NCBI RefSeq assembly: GCF_006345805.1
Contig: NW_021829245.1
Span: 1-6,709, forward strand
Reading direction: 5' to 3'
Origin: Octopus sinensis
Lineage: Eukaryota
DNA: 6,709 nt
Shown here in pieces: positions 5,546 through 6,709 of the stretch; positions within the stretch are counted from its first letter, which is position 1, and each line of letters starts with the position of its first letter. Under the pieces are notes generated by a model. The model did not search any database and had not been told where the DNA came from. It was given only the letters and a program-made list of their open reading frames with translations. Both the position numbers and the translations under genes were made by a program.

Positions 5546-5750
5546 AAATTAGAAACAGGGAGCGATTATTCCAACGTGGAGGACTGTAAACCAATTATCT
5601 GGAATGTGACATGAAAGTTTAAGAAACAGATCAGGAGTGTTTCAGAGGACCGAGTGCGGCGCTGATCGGAGGGTTTCCCAGGGCGATCTGAACAAATACT
5701 GAGAAATGGTGGATGCTGCAACGGCGCGTGCTCCCGTGCTTGACCTGGCC

Positions 5751-6122
5751 TGATGATGATGATGATGATGACGACGATGATGATGATGATGACAACGATG
5801 ATGATGATGATGTTGATGATGTTGGTGGTGACGACAACGATGATGACAATGTCGCTGCTGATGATGACGACGATGATGATAACGAAGACGACGATTATTT
5901 TGATGGTGATGATGACAATGATGATGATAATCATGATGGTGATGGTGATGATGATGACGACGAGACGACGACGACGATGATGATGATGATGATGATGACG
6001 ATGACGATGATGATGATGATGCCATTACCACAGCTGCTGCTGCTGCTCCTGATGATGATGATGATGATGATGATGAGGATGGTGATGATGATGATGAGGG
6101 CGGCGGCGGTGGTGGTGGTGAT
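5751..6122. repeat. Long degenerate (GAT/GAC)n trinucleotide repeat with CTG, GCG and GTG interruptions, about 370 nt
   Basis: Directly visible. Confidence 0.95.
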
Positions 6123-6454
6123 GTCTGTACATGCTCCCATACAAATTAGACGAGAAGCGTCAAGAATTCTGAAGTGTTTCCTTACAATTGGAAACACCAG
6201 AGGTGGGACGGAGGTGTCGAGGACGCGGGGAGGGGCTTTTCTTGTTCGTTTTCAGATTTTGTAGATACACGGCGAAGACACAAGTAAATGCCGGGTGGAT
6301 GGTGGTGGCCACCCCGCTCCACCGCCGCCGCCATCTCCCTCCCTCGTTGCTTTCATCTTTCATCACGTTCTCTTTCTAAACAACATGGTTATTTAGAGCT
6401 GGAAAACATCCCCGATGAGAGACGATGGGTACGAAACAGACATGGGTTTAAGTG

Positions 6455-6498
6455 AGTGTATATATGTATATGCACACCTATACCCATGTCTTCGATAT

Positions 6499-6541
<43 letters not shown>

Positions 6542-6709
6542 GCACACGTATATGTACACGCATATATATACACACATATATATATACATACACATATACA
6601 CATACATGTATACACACACATACACACACATATACACACACATACATATATATATTATTTGCATACACACACATGTATATATACACACACATCCATATAT
6701 ATATATATA
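6455..6709. repeat. TA/CA low-complexity microsatellite region running off the window
   Basis: Directly visible. Confidence 0.9.

Overview
Eukaryotic, repeat-saturated intronic or intergenic DNA, most likely from an octopus or related coleoid cephalopod. That assignment rests on my recall of the repeat families and was not checked against a database. There is no supportable intact protein-coding gene: nearly all long ORFs in the track are translations of (TA)n, (CAT)n or (GAT)n microsatellites or of antisense SINEs. The window holds about ten whole or partial tRNA-derived SINE copies from three families. It also holds two decayed autonomous retroelements recognisable by manual translation. 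One is an R4/Dong-like non-LTR RT fragment (481-1218, minus) split in mid-motif by a head-to-tail SINE pair with an apparent 8-bp target-site duplication. The other is a Penelope-like element fragment (about 5205-5545, plus). Other features are a perfect 26-bp palindrome next to a SINE truncation point, inverted SINE pairs and G-quadruplex motifs. I found no convincing novel biological system; the best observations concern nested and modular retroelement biology.
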